Of a DNA stretch of 64,000 nt, positions 9,329 to 17,726 are shown in pieces. The number at the start of each line of letters is the position of its first letter. The stretch's first letter is position 1. The stretch lies in the NCBI GenBank assembly GCA_963977015.1, contig CAXBMO010000026.1, positions 25,784 to 89,783 on the forward strand, read 5' to 3'. Both the position numbers and the translations under genes were made by a program. The notes below the pieces were generated by a model, which was not told the origin of the DNA, did no database searches, and saw nothing but the letters and a program-made list of their open reading frames with translations. This stretch comes from an uncultured bacterium (GTDB lineage: Bacteria; Verrucomicrobiota; Verrucomicrobiia; Verrucomicrobiales; DEV007).

Positions 9329-10795
9329 ATGAGCGAAGCATACGAACTTCAGAACCGCCTCCAGCGTCCGCTTTTCAACATTGATGAGTATCCCGGAGGG
9401 ACCGAGGTCTCGAACGAGGATCTGGTTTCGAAATCCGAATACCGCAAGTGCTACCGCGTCGATCCGGTGACGGGGCATATCGTCGCGTTGAATCTGAGGA
9501 ATTGTGGCCTCGGCGATGAAGGAGCCCAAACTACCCTTCAGTCCCTCCCGTCCCTGGTTTTTCTCTCACTGGGGAACAATTCCCTGCAAGACGCAGGCTT
9601 CCTGCGCGAGCTTTCCAGCCTCGTGTCTCTCGACCTTAGTTCCAACCAAATCGCTGACTATAGCTTCCTGCGCGAGCTTACCAGTCTCCAATCTCTCGAC
9701 CTCAGTTCCAACCAAATCGCTGACGCAAGCTTCCTGCGCGAGCTTTCCAGCCTCGTGTCTCTCAACCTCAGTGACAACCAAATCGCTGACGCAAGCTTCC
9801 TGCGCGAGCTTTCCAGCCTCCTATCTCTCAACCTCGATTACAACATAATCGCTGACTATAGCTTCCTGCGCGAGCTTTTCAGCCTCCAAACTCTCAACCT
9901 CCGTTTCAACAAAATCGCTGACTATAGCTTCCTGCGCGAGCTTTCCAGCCTCCAAACTCTCAACCTCAGTTCCAACAAAATCGCTGACGCAAGCTTCCTG
10001 CGCGAGCTTTCCACCCTCCAATCTCTCAACCTCAGTTCCAACGGAATCGCTGACTATAGCTTCCTGTGCGAGCTTTCCAGCCTCCAATCTCTCGACCTCA
10101 GTGGCAATCAAATCGCTGACGCAAGCTTCCTGCGCGAGGTTTCCAGCCTCCAATCTCTCGACCTTAGTTCCAACCAAATCGCTGACGCAAGATTCCTGCG
10201 CGAGCTTACCAGCCTCCAATCCCTCGACCTCAGTTCCAACCAAATCGCTGACTATAGCTTCCTGCGCGAGCTTTCCAGCCCCCAATCTCTCGACCTCAGT
10301 TACAACCAAATCGCTGACTATAGCTTCCTGCGCGAGCTTTCCACGCTCCAATCTCTCAACCTTGGGAGCAACCAAATCGCTGACGCAAGCTTCCTGCGCG
10401 AGCTTACCAGCCTCCAATCTCTCGACCTCAGTTCCAACAAAATCGCTGACGCAAGCTTCCTGCGCGAGCTTACCAGCCTCCAATCTCTCGACCTCAGGAA
10501 CAACAAAATCGCTGACGTTTCTCCCATCTTTCAGTTGATTTCGCCCAAGACGGGTCGTTCCAACCTGCGCACGGTGGATTTGTTCGAGAACCAAATTCGC
10601 GAACTTTCCCGTGAAATGCTGGCGCTGGGGCCGGAATTGGAAGCTGGGTCCGAACGCTCATGGAACTCTCTCCCCGGCTCGATCAGGTTCTCCGGCAAGC
10701 CGATCGAGAGCCTTGCGCCCGAAGTATGGCAGCAAGGCCATCAGGCGATCACTGATTGGTTCGGATTCGATTGGTTGGAACGGAAACGTTCGTAG
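9329..10795 (+). CDS. Leucine-rich repeat protein (N-terminal part of a split ROCO gene)
   Basis: About 15 LRRs of 22 aa (LQSLDLSSNQIADxSFLRELxS); ends at TAG 10793-10795 just after a PxExxxQG..AI cap of the kind that precedes Roc in ROCO proteins. Confidence 0.85.
   Translation: MSEAYELQNRLQRPLFNIDEYPGGTEVSNEDLVSKSEYRKCYRVDPVTGHIVALNLRNCGLGDEGAQTTLQSLPSLVFLSLGNNSLQDAGFLRELSSLVSLDLSSNQIADYSFLRELTSLQSLDLSSNQIADASFLRELSSLVSLNLSDNQIADASFLRELSSLLSLNLDYNIIADYSFLRELFSLQTLNLRFNKIADYSFLRELSSLQTLNLSSNKIADASFLRELSTLQSLNLSSNGIADYSFLCELSSLQSLDLSGNQIADASFLREVSSLQSLDLSSNQIADARFLRELTSLQSLDLSSNQIADYSFLRELSSPQSLDLSYNQIADYSFLRELSTLQSLNLGSNQIADASFLRELTSLQSLDLSSNKIADASFLRELTSLQSLDLRNNKIADVSPIFQLISPKTGRSNLRTVDLFENQIRELSREMLALGPELEAGSERSWNSLPGSIRFSGKPIESLAPEVWQQGHQAITDWFGFDWLERKRS
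9590..10517 (+). repeat. Coding tandem array of 14 near-identical 66-bp units
   Basis: TTCCTG(C/T)GCGAG recurs every 66 bp from 9599 to 10457. Confidence 0.95.
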
Positions 10796-11033
10796 TTGAC
10801 GGCTTCTACCCAGGATGACAGCCAAGCCGCCGTTGGTCCACCGCTCCACGAAGCCAAACACCTTGTCGTCGGCAATGGTGCGGTTGGTAAAACCTCGATC
10901 ATTAAACAACTAACAACTGCGGGGCGAAGCCTTCGACGGCAACGAAACCCAGATCCATGGAATCCGGCGGCATACCCCGGATGGCGAAGCGGATGCGGAG
11001 AATTGCGCCTGGTGTGGCGAGGTAAGGCTGCAT
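10796..11033 (+). pseudogene. Disrupted Roc GTPase N-terminal segment (P-loop and switch I)
   Basis: In the LRR frame: LHEAKHLVVGNGAVGKTSIIKQL; continues in the COR frame as RGEAFDGNETQIHGI...VRLHVWDFGGQ; the frames are offset by a 7-bp duplication AACAACT-AACAACT at 10905-10918. Confidence 0.85.
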
Positions 11034-12956
11034 GTGTGGGACTTTGGAGGGCAGGATATCATGCATGCGACCCATCAATTTTTTCTGACCCGGCGCAGCG
11101 TTTATCTGCTCGTGCTCAATATCCGGATCAGCGAGGAACAGAACCGGCTGGAGTATTGGCTGCGGATGATCCAGAACTTCGGTGGAGGTTCGCCGGTGAT
11201 TGTAGCTTGCAACCAGAGTGATGAGCAAGGCATGGATCTGGACTGGGACGGACTGCGCAAGAAGTATCCGCAGGTCGTGAGCTTCGTCCGCCGCGTGAGT
11301 TGCCTGAAAGGAGAGGGAATCGAGGACCTGAGAACGGAGATTGGTAGAATCGTGGGAAGTCCGCAGGCGATGCCGCTGGTGCATCAGCCGTTTCGCGCGG
11401 CTGGGCGGCGCGTGAAAGATCGGCTGGAGGCGGAGATCACTCAGGAAATTAGCCGGACGCGGTATGAGACGATTTGCGATGAAGGGCAGGTGGGCGAGGG
11501 GAGCCCGCGAGAGACATTGCTCGGCGTACTTCATGCGCTTGGCTCGATCCTTCACTTTGGCAGCGATCACGAGCGTTCCATGGTGCGGGAAAAACATGCG
11601 GGCCAGGAGACGTTTGTGCGGAATCCCGGTTGGGTGACTTCGGCGGTTTACAAGATCCTGAACGAGACTTCGGTGAAGGAGCAGAAAGGCGTCTTGGCGA
11701 TGGCGCAATTGCCGGGATTGCTCGCGGAGGTGGAGAACAACTACCATTACACCGGGCGCGAGAAGTTCTTCATCGATCTGATGGAAGACTTTGATTTGTG
11801 TTTCCGCTTTGAAGGCGATGAGGAGCGCGTCTGGATTCCGGACCTTTCCACGAAGCAGGCGATCTCGGCTGGCGATTGGGCCAAGGAAGTCGTCTTTCGC
11901 TACGAGTATGATGTGTTGCCCACCTCGGTGATGACGCGCTTTCTGGTGAAGATGCATCCGATGCTGTTGGGGCGCGATAGTTTCTGGAGGAAGGGCGCGA
12001 TTTTGGAGCGGAACGGGATTCGGGCCTTGGTGACGGCGGATGAGGCGGATGGGTTTGTCGAGATTTGGATGGACCGGAGTGAGGAGGCGTGGAGCGATGC
12101 GCGGCGCGAGTTTTTCGGCTTGATCGGGACGGCGTTGGAAGACATCCACGAATCTTTTCAGGATCGGTTGGGATTGGAGGAGAAGGTTCCCGTGCCCGAG
12201 CGCGAAGGCGTGTTCCGCGATCTCGAGGAATTGGTGGAAGCGAAGCGCGAAGGGGAGACCGAGGTGTTCGTGAAAGGCAGCGGACGGGTTTCGATCGCGT
12301 CGATGCTCCCATTTTTAACGACGTTGGAAACGCCGGTCTTCCAGACGAAGCCGGGTGGAGGAAAAACGGAGCTTCCCGACTCTCCCAACACGAAGAATCT
12401 TCTCTATGTGTCCTACAACTGGAGCGAGAGTGACGCCAAGGTGACGCAGCTCTGTGAGATGGCGGAGAAACGCAACTTTGCCGTGGTTCGCGACAAGGAA
12501 GAGATCCGGGTGGGAGACAGTATCCGCAATTTTATGAGTCGGCTCATCCAGGGCGAACGCGTGGCGCTCTTTATCGGGCCAAAGTACCTGGAGAGCCACT
12601 ATTGCATGTGGGAGTTGTTCCACCTCTGGAAGGACTGCAAGGAAGATCCGGTCCAGTTTCAACGCCGGGTCGTTCCGTTCATCGATCCGGGATTGCGGTT
12701 AGGCGATCCGATCCAACTGATCGAGCATCATCAATTCTGGATGGAGAAGTTTCGAAAGGTGGACGAGCACCGCCTGGATTGCGCGCAAAAGGGAGTCGGC
12801 ATGGGTGAGTTGCAGCGACATTGGGACTGGATGAACGATTTCCAAAGCAAGGTTCCCGACATGTTGAGCTTCGCACAGGACAAACTGATCCCGCGAGATT
12901 TTAACGAGTCGGCGGCGAACGGATTCGAGGATCTGTGGGAGCAGTTTGAGATTTAG
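11034..12956 (+). CDS. Roc (C-terminal half)-COR-TIR portion of the split ROCO protein
   Basis: WDFGGQDIMHATHQFFL (Roc G3), COR region (LHALGSILHF, NPGWVTSAVYKIL, FRYEYDVLP, FWRKGAIL), C-terminal TIR (YVSYNW, RDKEEIRVGDSIRNFM, YLESHYCMWEL). No native start evident. Confidence 0.82.
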   Translation: MWDFGGQDIMHATHQFFLTRRSVYLLVLNIRISEEQNRLEYWLRMIQNFGGGSPVIVACNQSDEQGMDLDWDGLRKKYPQVVSFVRRVSCLKGEGIEDLRTEIGRIVGSPQAMPLVHQPFRAAGRRVKDRLEAEITQEISRTRYETICDEGQVGEGSPRETLLGVLHALGSILHFGSDHERSMVREKHAGQETFVRNPGWVTSAVYKILNETSVKEQKGVLAMAQLPGLLAEVENNYHYTGREKFFIDLMEDFDLCFRFEGDEERVWIPDLSTKQAISAGDWAKEVVFRYEYDVLPTSVMTRFLVKMHPMLLGRDSFWRKGAILERNGIRALVTADEADGFVEIWMDRSEEAWSDARREFFGLIGTALEDIHESFQDRLGLEEKVPVPEREGVFRDLEELVEAKREGETEVFVKGSGRVSIASMLPFLTTLETPVFQTKPGGGKTELPDSPNTKNLLYVSYNWSESDAKVTQLCEMAEKRNFAVVRDKEEIRVGDSIRNFMSRLIQGERVALFIGPKYLESHYCMWELFHLWKDCKEDPVQFQRRVVPFIDPGLRLGDPIQLIEHHQFWMEKFRKVDEHRLDCAQKGVGMGELQRHWDWMNDFQSKVPDMLSFAQDKLIPRDFNESAANGFEDLWEQFEI

Positions 12957-12985
12957 GGACCGAATCGCCTAACGGGCATCTCAAT

Positions 12986-15205
12986 CTACTCTACTTCGTG
13001 GGCAATCACCACGGCGTTGGACTGGATCTCTACTTTCATGCCGGCGAGTTGCGCCGTATAACGCAGGGCTTCGGACAACGGAACGTTGCTGAGCCGGAGC
13101 GAAATTTTGGCGTCGCTATCGTCGCGGATGATGAGGTTGATCCCTTTCTTTGCCGGGTCGGCTTCCTCGGTATCCAGTTGTTTGCTTCTTAGGGCGAGGA
13201 ACTGGAGGGCGGATTCTATCGGCGTGTCCTGGAATTCGATTTGCGGAATGACGATCCGTTTGAGCTTAGCTTCATAGGCCGAAATTGCCGGGTCGGGTTC
13301 CGGTGCGGCAGTCGAGCGGGGGATGAGTTTCGCGATGGCGTCGTGCGCTTTTTCCGTCGCGCGAACGATGAGCTGGTTGGTGCCGCGATTGTGAACGAGG
13401 CTGAATCCTTTTGGGCCATCGATGCCGTGCTTCCTGGCCCATTCCATGGCGCTTGGAGAAGGGAGGTTTTCCCGCGCGACATGGTCTTCATCGAGGAAGG
13501 TGTCCGGGACCTTGTAGGCCACGACCCAAAGAAGCTGATCGTTGGCCGGAGGGAGCAGGATGACGGCGCTTTCCTCATATCGTAAGCGCAGTTGCGCGAG
13601 TTGGGCGCAATAACGCAGGGCTTCGGCCAGCGGAATGTTGCTGAGGCGAAGCGAGATCTTCACGTCAGCGGAGTCCCGTGCCTCGAGGAGGATGTTGAGC
13701 CCTTTCTTGGCCGGATCCGGTTCCGTGGTATCCAGTTGCTTGCTCCTCGCACGGAGAAAGGCGATCGCATCCTTCAGCGGTGTGTCCTGAAATTGCAGGC
13801 TTGGGATGATGATCGTGTTGGCTTTTTGTTGGAGGGTGAGGTTGTCGATCGGGTTTGGCGTTGGCGTGTTTCCGCTATCGAGCGAATTGATGAGAATGGC
13901 ATTCGGCTCCACCTCATAGGTAACGCCTCCGAGCCGGACGGTATAGCGCAAGGCGTCTTCCAGCGAGACGTTGCTGAGGTTCAGGGTTACCGGTTTGGGG
14001 CGGTGCTTGAGATCGATGATGAAGTTGATCCCTTTTTTTGCCGGTTCCGATTCAGTGGTGTCCAGTTCGATGCTTTTTTGCGCGAGAAAGGCGATTGCAT
14101 CATCGAGGGGAGTCTCGACAAACTCGATTCGGGGAACCTGGATTCGTTTCAATTTTTCGGCGGGACCGATGATGGTTGCGGCTTCCTTCCCGGGTTCCGC
14201 GGCGATGACTTGAAGGACGCCGATGGTTCCGCCAAGCAGGGCCAGGGTGAGGAGCAAAGGAAGGGCGACCCACCAGCGTGGCGGGCGATGCCTGCTGTTG
14301 GCCGAGACGCGGTGCAGTCGTTTCAGGACGGAAGGCGCACGGAGAAAGGTGGCTGCGGCAGGCTCGGAAACGGGGACGAGGTCGAGAGCCAATTGAGCCA
14401 GCGCCTGGCGGTAGCTTTCGACGCCACCTTTTCGGGCGGCAGCCGCATCGCAAGCCTCTTCGCAGGCGCGCAAATGGGCTGCGGCAAGCCACCAAATCAA
14501 CGGGTGAAACCAAAGCGTGCAGGCCGCGAGCCGAATCAGCGGAATCCAGATGCCGTCGTTCGATCGCAGGTGGGCGGCCTCGTGCCTCAGGGCGTGAGCA
14601 GCTCCGTCCAGGTTCGATTCGACCTGTGATTCGAAGGTTCTGGGAATGGCGATCCGGCGTTGGAACCCCGGGGCGACGAACGGCGAGCTATTTTCCGAAA
14701 CGATTTTGAGTTCCACGTTGGAGAGGGCGAATTCGGATTCGATCTGTTGCCAGAGGCGGGTCAGTTTTTGAGATGGCGACGCTCCGGCGCGGACGGAGAT
14801 TCTCAGGCGAGTCAGTCGCCAGATTTCCCGAAACAACGCAATGGCTGCGCCGATCGCCCAGACCCAGGTGAGGATCAGTGGCCAATTGAGAGTGTTGGGT
14901 TGCGAAAGCGGAAGGGGCGCGGTTTCGACGGTGGGTTCGCCCGTTGGATTGGGTTGGAGTGCGGTCAATTCGGGAGCCGGAGCAAGGGGGGCGGGAACGG
15001 TGAATTGCCATTTCGGGGCCCAACTGTGAGCGGCGAGCAGGAGCGGCAGAATGACGAGCGCGGTTCGTGCGATCCCGACTCTCCACCGTGGTTCGGCGCG
15101 GCCGAGCAGGTTCATAAGGCCGAGGGCCAGGAGCAAGAGGCTGGAAATTTTGAGCAAGGCTCCTCCGATTCCGTCCCAGAAGAGGAGGTGTGTGATGGTT
15201 GACAT
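12986..15205 (-). CDS. BlaR1/MecR1-type M56 peptidase with three C-terminal STN/secretin-N-like repeats
   Basis: N-terminal TMs, ALRHEAAHL zinc motif, WFHPLIWW, EEACDAAA; repeats such as KLKRIQVPRIEFVETPLDDAIAFL...PAKKGINFII...LSNVSLEDALRY (three copies). Confidence 0.85.
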   Translation of the reverse strand: MSTITHLLFWDGIGGALLKISSLLLLALGLMNLLGRAEPRWRVGIARTALVILPLLLAAHSWAPKWQFTVPAPLAPAPELTALQPNPTGEPTVETAPLPLSQPNTLNWPLILTWVWAIGAAIALFREIWRLTRLRISVRAGASPSQKLTRLWQQIESEFALSNVELKIVSENSSPFVAPGFQRRIAIPRTFESQVESNLDGAAHALRHEAAHLRSNDGIWIPLIRLAACTLWFHPLIWWLAAAHLRACEEACDAAAARKGGVESYRQALAQLALDLVPVSEPAAATFLRAPSVLKRLHRVSANSRHRPPRWWVALPLLLTLALLGGTIGVLQVIAAEPGKEAATIIGPAEKLKRIQVPRIEFVETPLDDAIAFLAQKSIELDTTESEPAKKGINFIIDLKHRPKPVTLNLSNVSLEDALRYTVRLGGVTYEVEPNAILINSLDSGNTPTPNPIDNLTLQQKANTIIIPSLQFQDTPLKDAIAFLRARSKQLDTTEPDPAKKGLNILLEARDSADVKISLRLSNIPLAEALRYCAQLAQLRLRYEESAVILLPPANDQLLWVVAYKVPDTFLDEDHVARENLPSPSAMEWARKHGIDGPKGFSLVHNRGTNQLIVRATEKAHDAIAKLIPRSTAAPEPDPAISAYEAKLKRIVIPQIEFQDTPIESALQFLALRSKQLDTEEADPAKKGINLIIRDDSDAKISLRLSNVPLSEALRYTAQLAGMKVEIQSNAVVIAHEVE

Positions 15206-15227
15206 GTTAGGCGTGAGTTTGGGGGTT

Positions 15228-15629
15228 TTAGTGCGATGATGAATCTTCGTTGCGCGCAATCTTTTCCAGTTCGGCGCGTTCTTCGGGCGATAGGGTGCGA
15301 TCCTGCAAGAGTTGAGCGATGAGACCGGCTTTCGAGCCACCGGTGAACACTTCGGCCAAACCCGAGAACCAGGTCGAGAGAGCTTTTTGCTTCTTGTTGG
15401 CAGGTTGATAGTAGAACGGCTTGCCGCGTCGCTCGCGCAAGACTTCGCCCCGCTCCATCAAGACGCGGAGGACGGAGCGCAGGGTGGCGTTGTCGATTTC
15501 CCAATCGAAGCGTTCTTCGATGTCCTGAGCCCGGAGAGCGTCGTCCGCCTGCCAGAGAATCTGCAGAATGTGAAGCTGGGTCCGGTTGAAGTCGGGAATG
15601 GGATGATCGTCAGGAGGCGTTCGGGGCAT
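15228..15629 (-). CDS. BlaI/MecI/CopY-family transcriptional repressor
   Basis: QLHILQILW, TLRSVLRVLMERGEVLRERRGKPFYYQP, FTGGSKAGLIAQLL, LSPEERAEL; directly upstream of the M56 gene. Confidence 0.88.
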   Translation of the reverse strand: MPRTPPDDHPIPDFNRTQLHILQILWQADDALRAQDIEERFDWEIDNATLRSVLRVLMERGEVLRERRGKPFYYQPANKKQKALSTWFSGLAEVFTGGSKAGLIAQLLQDRTLSPEERAELEKIARNEDSSSH

Positions 15630-15691
15630 TCTGTGAAAAAATCACAAAATGGAGGGGCGTGGCAATCCTTTTCTGTGAAAAAATCACAAAA
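15629..15691. promoter_or_regulatory. Doubled palindromic operator, probably for the BlaI-type repressor
   Basis: TTCTGTGAAAAAATCACAAAA at 15629-15649 and 15671-15691 (core TGTGA-N5-TCACA, 42-bp period) abutting the repressor ATG; minus-strand TTGCCA lies between the copies. Confidence 0.75.
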
Positions 15692-15717
15692 AGGGGCGAA
15701 CGCCTCGTTGCAGGGAC

Positions 15718-16353
15718 TCACGAAGCTTCGTCGAGAAGGTTCATCCAGTGCTGAAGCCAGTCGGCGAACTCATACTGTCGCGGGCTGGCGTGGAGATCGT
15801 AGCCGACTTTTTGGATGACCTCTTCAGGGGAGACCATCTCGAAGTTCATCTGCACGAGGGAAGGGGAGTGGCTGACGGTGCCGCCGAGGGCCGTCCACCA
15901 TCCTTGAATGGCCGCGTTCGAGGGACGGGCATAGCCGACGATTCGGCGGAGGCCCAGGTTCCAACCTTCGATCCAAAGAATCGAAAACAACAGGGTGGCG
16001 AAACCCTTGCGGTGCCAGGCATCGGCAACGGTGAAGGAGGCTTCGGCCTGGCGATCCGCTTCGAGATCGAGCCAAAGCGAGGCTCCACCAAATCCCGGAG
16101 CGTCCTGATTTTGAGCATCCATCGCGAGCCACGTCACCTGCTGCTCGTTGGCGGTGTTGGAAAGGTATTCCGCAAGATCGTGGTTGGCGGAGATTTGGGA
16201 GAAGCGCTTGCGAAACGAGGATTCGGACAAGAGCGCCAAGGCCCGTTGGACCCGCTCGGTGTCGCCGGGCTGGATGGGGCGAAGACGCACCGCCAAGCCA
16301 TCCTCCAATTGGACGTCGAGCGGGGTGAGCTCACGAAGGGATCGCGCTTTCAT
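15718..16353 (-). CDS. GNAT acetyltransferase (similar to the GNAT domain of Pat-type proteins)
   Basis: LRPIQPGD, LSESSFRKRF, AEASFTVADAWHRKGFATLL, NAAIQ. Confidence 0.75.
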   Translation of the reverse strand: MKARSLRELTPLDVQLEDGLAVRLRPIQPGDTERVQRALALLSESSFRKRFSQISANHDLAEYLSNTANEQQVTWLAMDAQNQDAPGFGGASLWLDLEADRQAEASFTVADAWHRKGFATLLFSILWIEGWNLGLRRIVGYARPSNAAIQGWWTALGGTVSHSPSLVQMNFEMVSPEEVIQKVGYDLHASPRQYEFADWLQHWMNLLDEAS

Positions 16354-16445
16354 GGCGAAACGATAGGAGCGAACTTCATCGGAACAAGGGATTCGAACCC
16401 CACATTTTTTCGCTGATTGGGTCCCAAGGCAATGGCAAACGCCCT

Positions 16446-17654
16446 CTAGGCGGTTTGCGTGACCAATCCCCTGGAAGCCGGTTTCGATTCCGTGGGACGA
16501 TAGGTCAATGTGAGGAAGGCGACGCAGAGAATCACAATCGCGAGAAAGATGTAGTCACGAACGGGGCCGCCATAGACGCCATTGACGACGACGGCCAGGG
16601 TGACGATGGCAAGAGGGAGGATCTGTTTGAGGGCAAAGCTGAGATTGGTGATCTTGATAACGTGGATGATCAGCAACGGAAGCGAGGAGAGCAGCGAGAT
16701 GCCCAGCGCGGGAATGACGGTGAGTTGCTCGTGATACACGATGACCGCAAAGACGATGAAGAAGAGCGAGTAGGTTAGGGCGAGGAGCGAAAAGTGGCCG
16801 AGGCGAAATCCGTCAAGACGCCCCGGTTCGTCCCGCTCGTTCATCGTCAAGAACCCGCCGCCAAAGAGAAGGACGGCCAGCGCCATGTAGCGGAACAGCT
16901 GGATGAGGCGCCCCGCCGGACTGTCCGCGCCGGGAACATTGACGACAATCTGCCGATTCGTGACGAGATTGTCGAAACTCCATTCCACCGTATCGCCATC
17001 GACTGAAGTGGGAGTGAGGCTGTAGTCGGCGACCTGCTTGTCGGGAGTTTCGCTGAGGTCGAGCGTGAGGCGCAGTTGTTCGAGCCGCCGCGCCGGGGGC
17101 ATCACGAATTGAAGGCGATCACGACCGAGAATGGAGTAGCGGATCTGGGCGAGAATCGGCTCAGTTGAGGTCGTTTCCGGTTTCCAGAGAATGCCGCGTT
17201 GATGATAGCTGACGTCATCCGGCTCGATGAAGGTGCCATCCTCCTGTTCGACCGCGAGTTGGATGTCCCAGGCTTCGATGGTGCCTTCAGGAAAGGGGAT
17301 GTTGAGGAGAACCTGGTCGTCGAGATCCTGCCGGAGTGGGCGAAACACAATCTCGCCTTCAGCCGTGAGGCGAAACCGATTGAACACTTCCAAACCGATT
17401 CGCTGATAGTCGGCGGCAAGGGCCATCTCCAGGTCGAATCGTTCAATCAGCGGAGGCGCCGAGTTCGCCTGGGTTGCGAGGGCGCGATCCACCACCTCAT
17501 CGTATTGAAGGAGGGCTTTGGCTTTCACGCGATCTTTGACGCTCATGGCCGCGGGAAGCGCGACGCTTGCGAGGATGGCGACAACCGTGACCACGGTCAG
17601 AAGTTCAATGAGTGTGAATCCGGCAGGGTGATGAGGCAGGGGGCGAGTTTTCAT
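16446..17654 (-). CDS. Prepilin-type N-terminal cleavage/methylation domain fused to a CreD-like multi-TM domain
   Basis: GFTLIELLTVVTVVAILASVALP class III signal; soluble middle region; C-terminal ~5-6 TM segments (FRYMALAVLLF, GHFSLLALTYSLFFIV). Confidence 0.65.
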   Translation of the reverse strand: MKTRPLPHHPAGFTLIELLTVVTVVAILASVALPAAMSVKDRVKAKALLQYDEVVDRALATQANSAPPLIERFDLEMALAADYQRIGLEVFNRFRLTAEGEIVFRPLRQDLDDQVLLNIPFPEGTIEAWDIQLAVEQEDGTFIEPDDVSYHQRGILWKPETTSTEPILAQIRYSILGRDRLQFVMPPARRLEQLRLTLDLSETPDKQVADYSLTPTSVDGDTVEWSFDNLVTNRQIVVNVPGADSPAGRLIQLFRYMALAVLLFGGGFLTMNERDEPGRLDGFRLGHFSLLALTYSLFFIVFAVIVYHEQLTVIPALGISLLSSLPLLIIHVIKITNLSFALKQILPLAIVTLAVVVNGVYGGPVRDYIFLAIVILCVAFLTLTYRPTESKPASRGLVTQTA

Positions 17655-17726
17655 CCCCGGAGAATGAACCCGGATTGTTACCGGTTCGTGACCGGATTCA
17701 GAGCGTCCAGTGATTTCCGAACGGCG

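Noticed and set aside
9590-10517. Possible CRISPR array (regular 66-bp period)
   Set aside because: No unique spacers; whole units are similar, in frame and encode LRRs; no cas genes in the window.
15632-15688. CRP/FNR binding sites
   Set aside because: Spacer is 5 bp rather than 6 bp, and the position on the BlaI-family start argues for autoregulation.
16381-16405. tRNA remnant/att site (GGGATTCGAACCC resembles a reverse-complemented T-loop)
   Set aside because: No acceptor stem, CCA end or rest of a cloverleaf around it.
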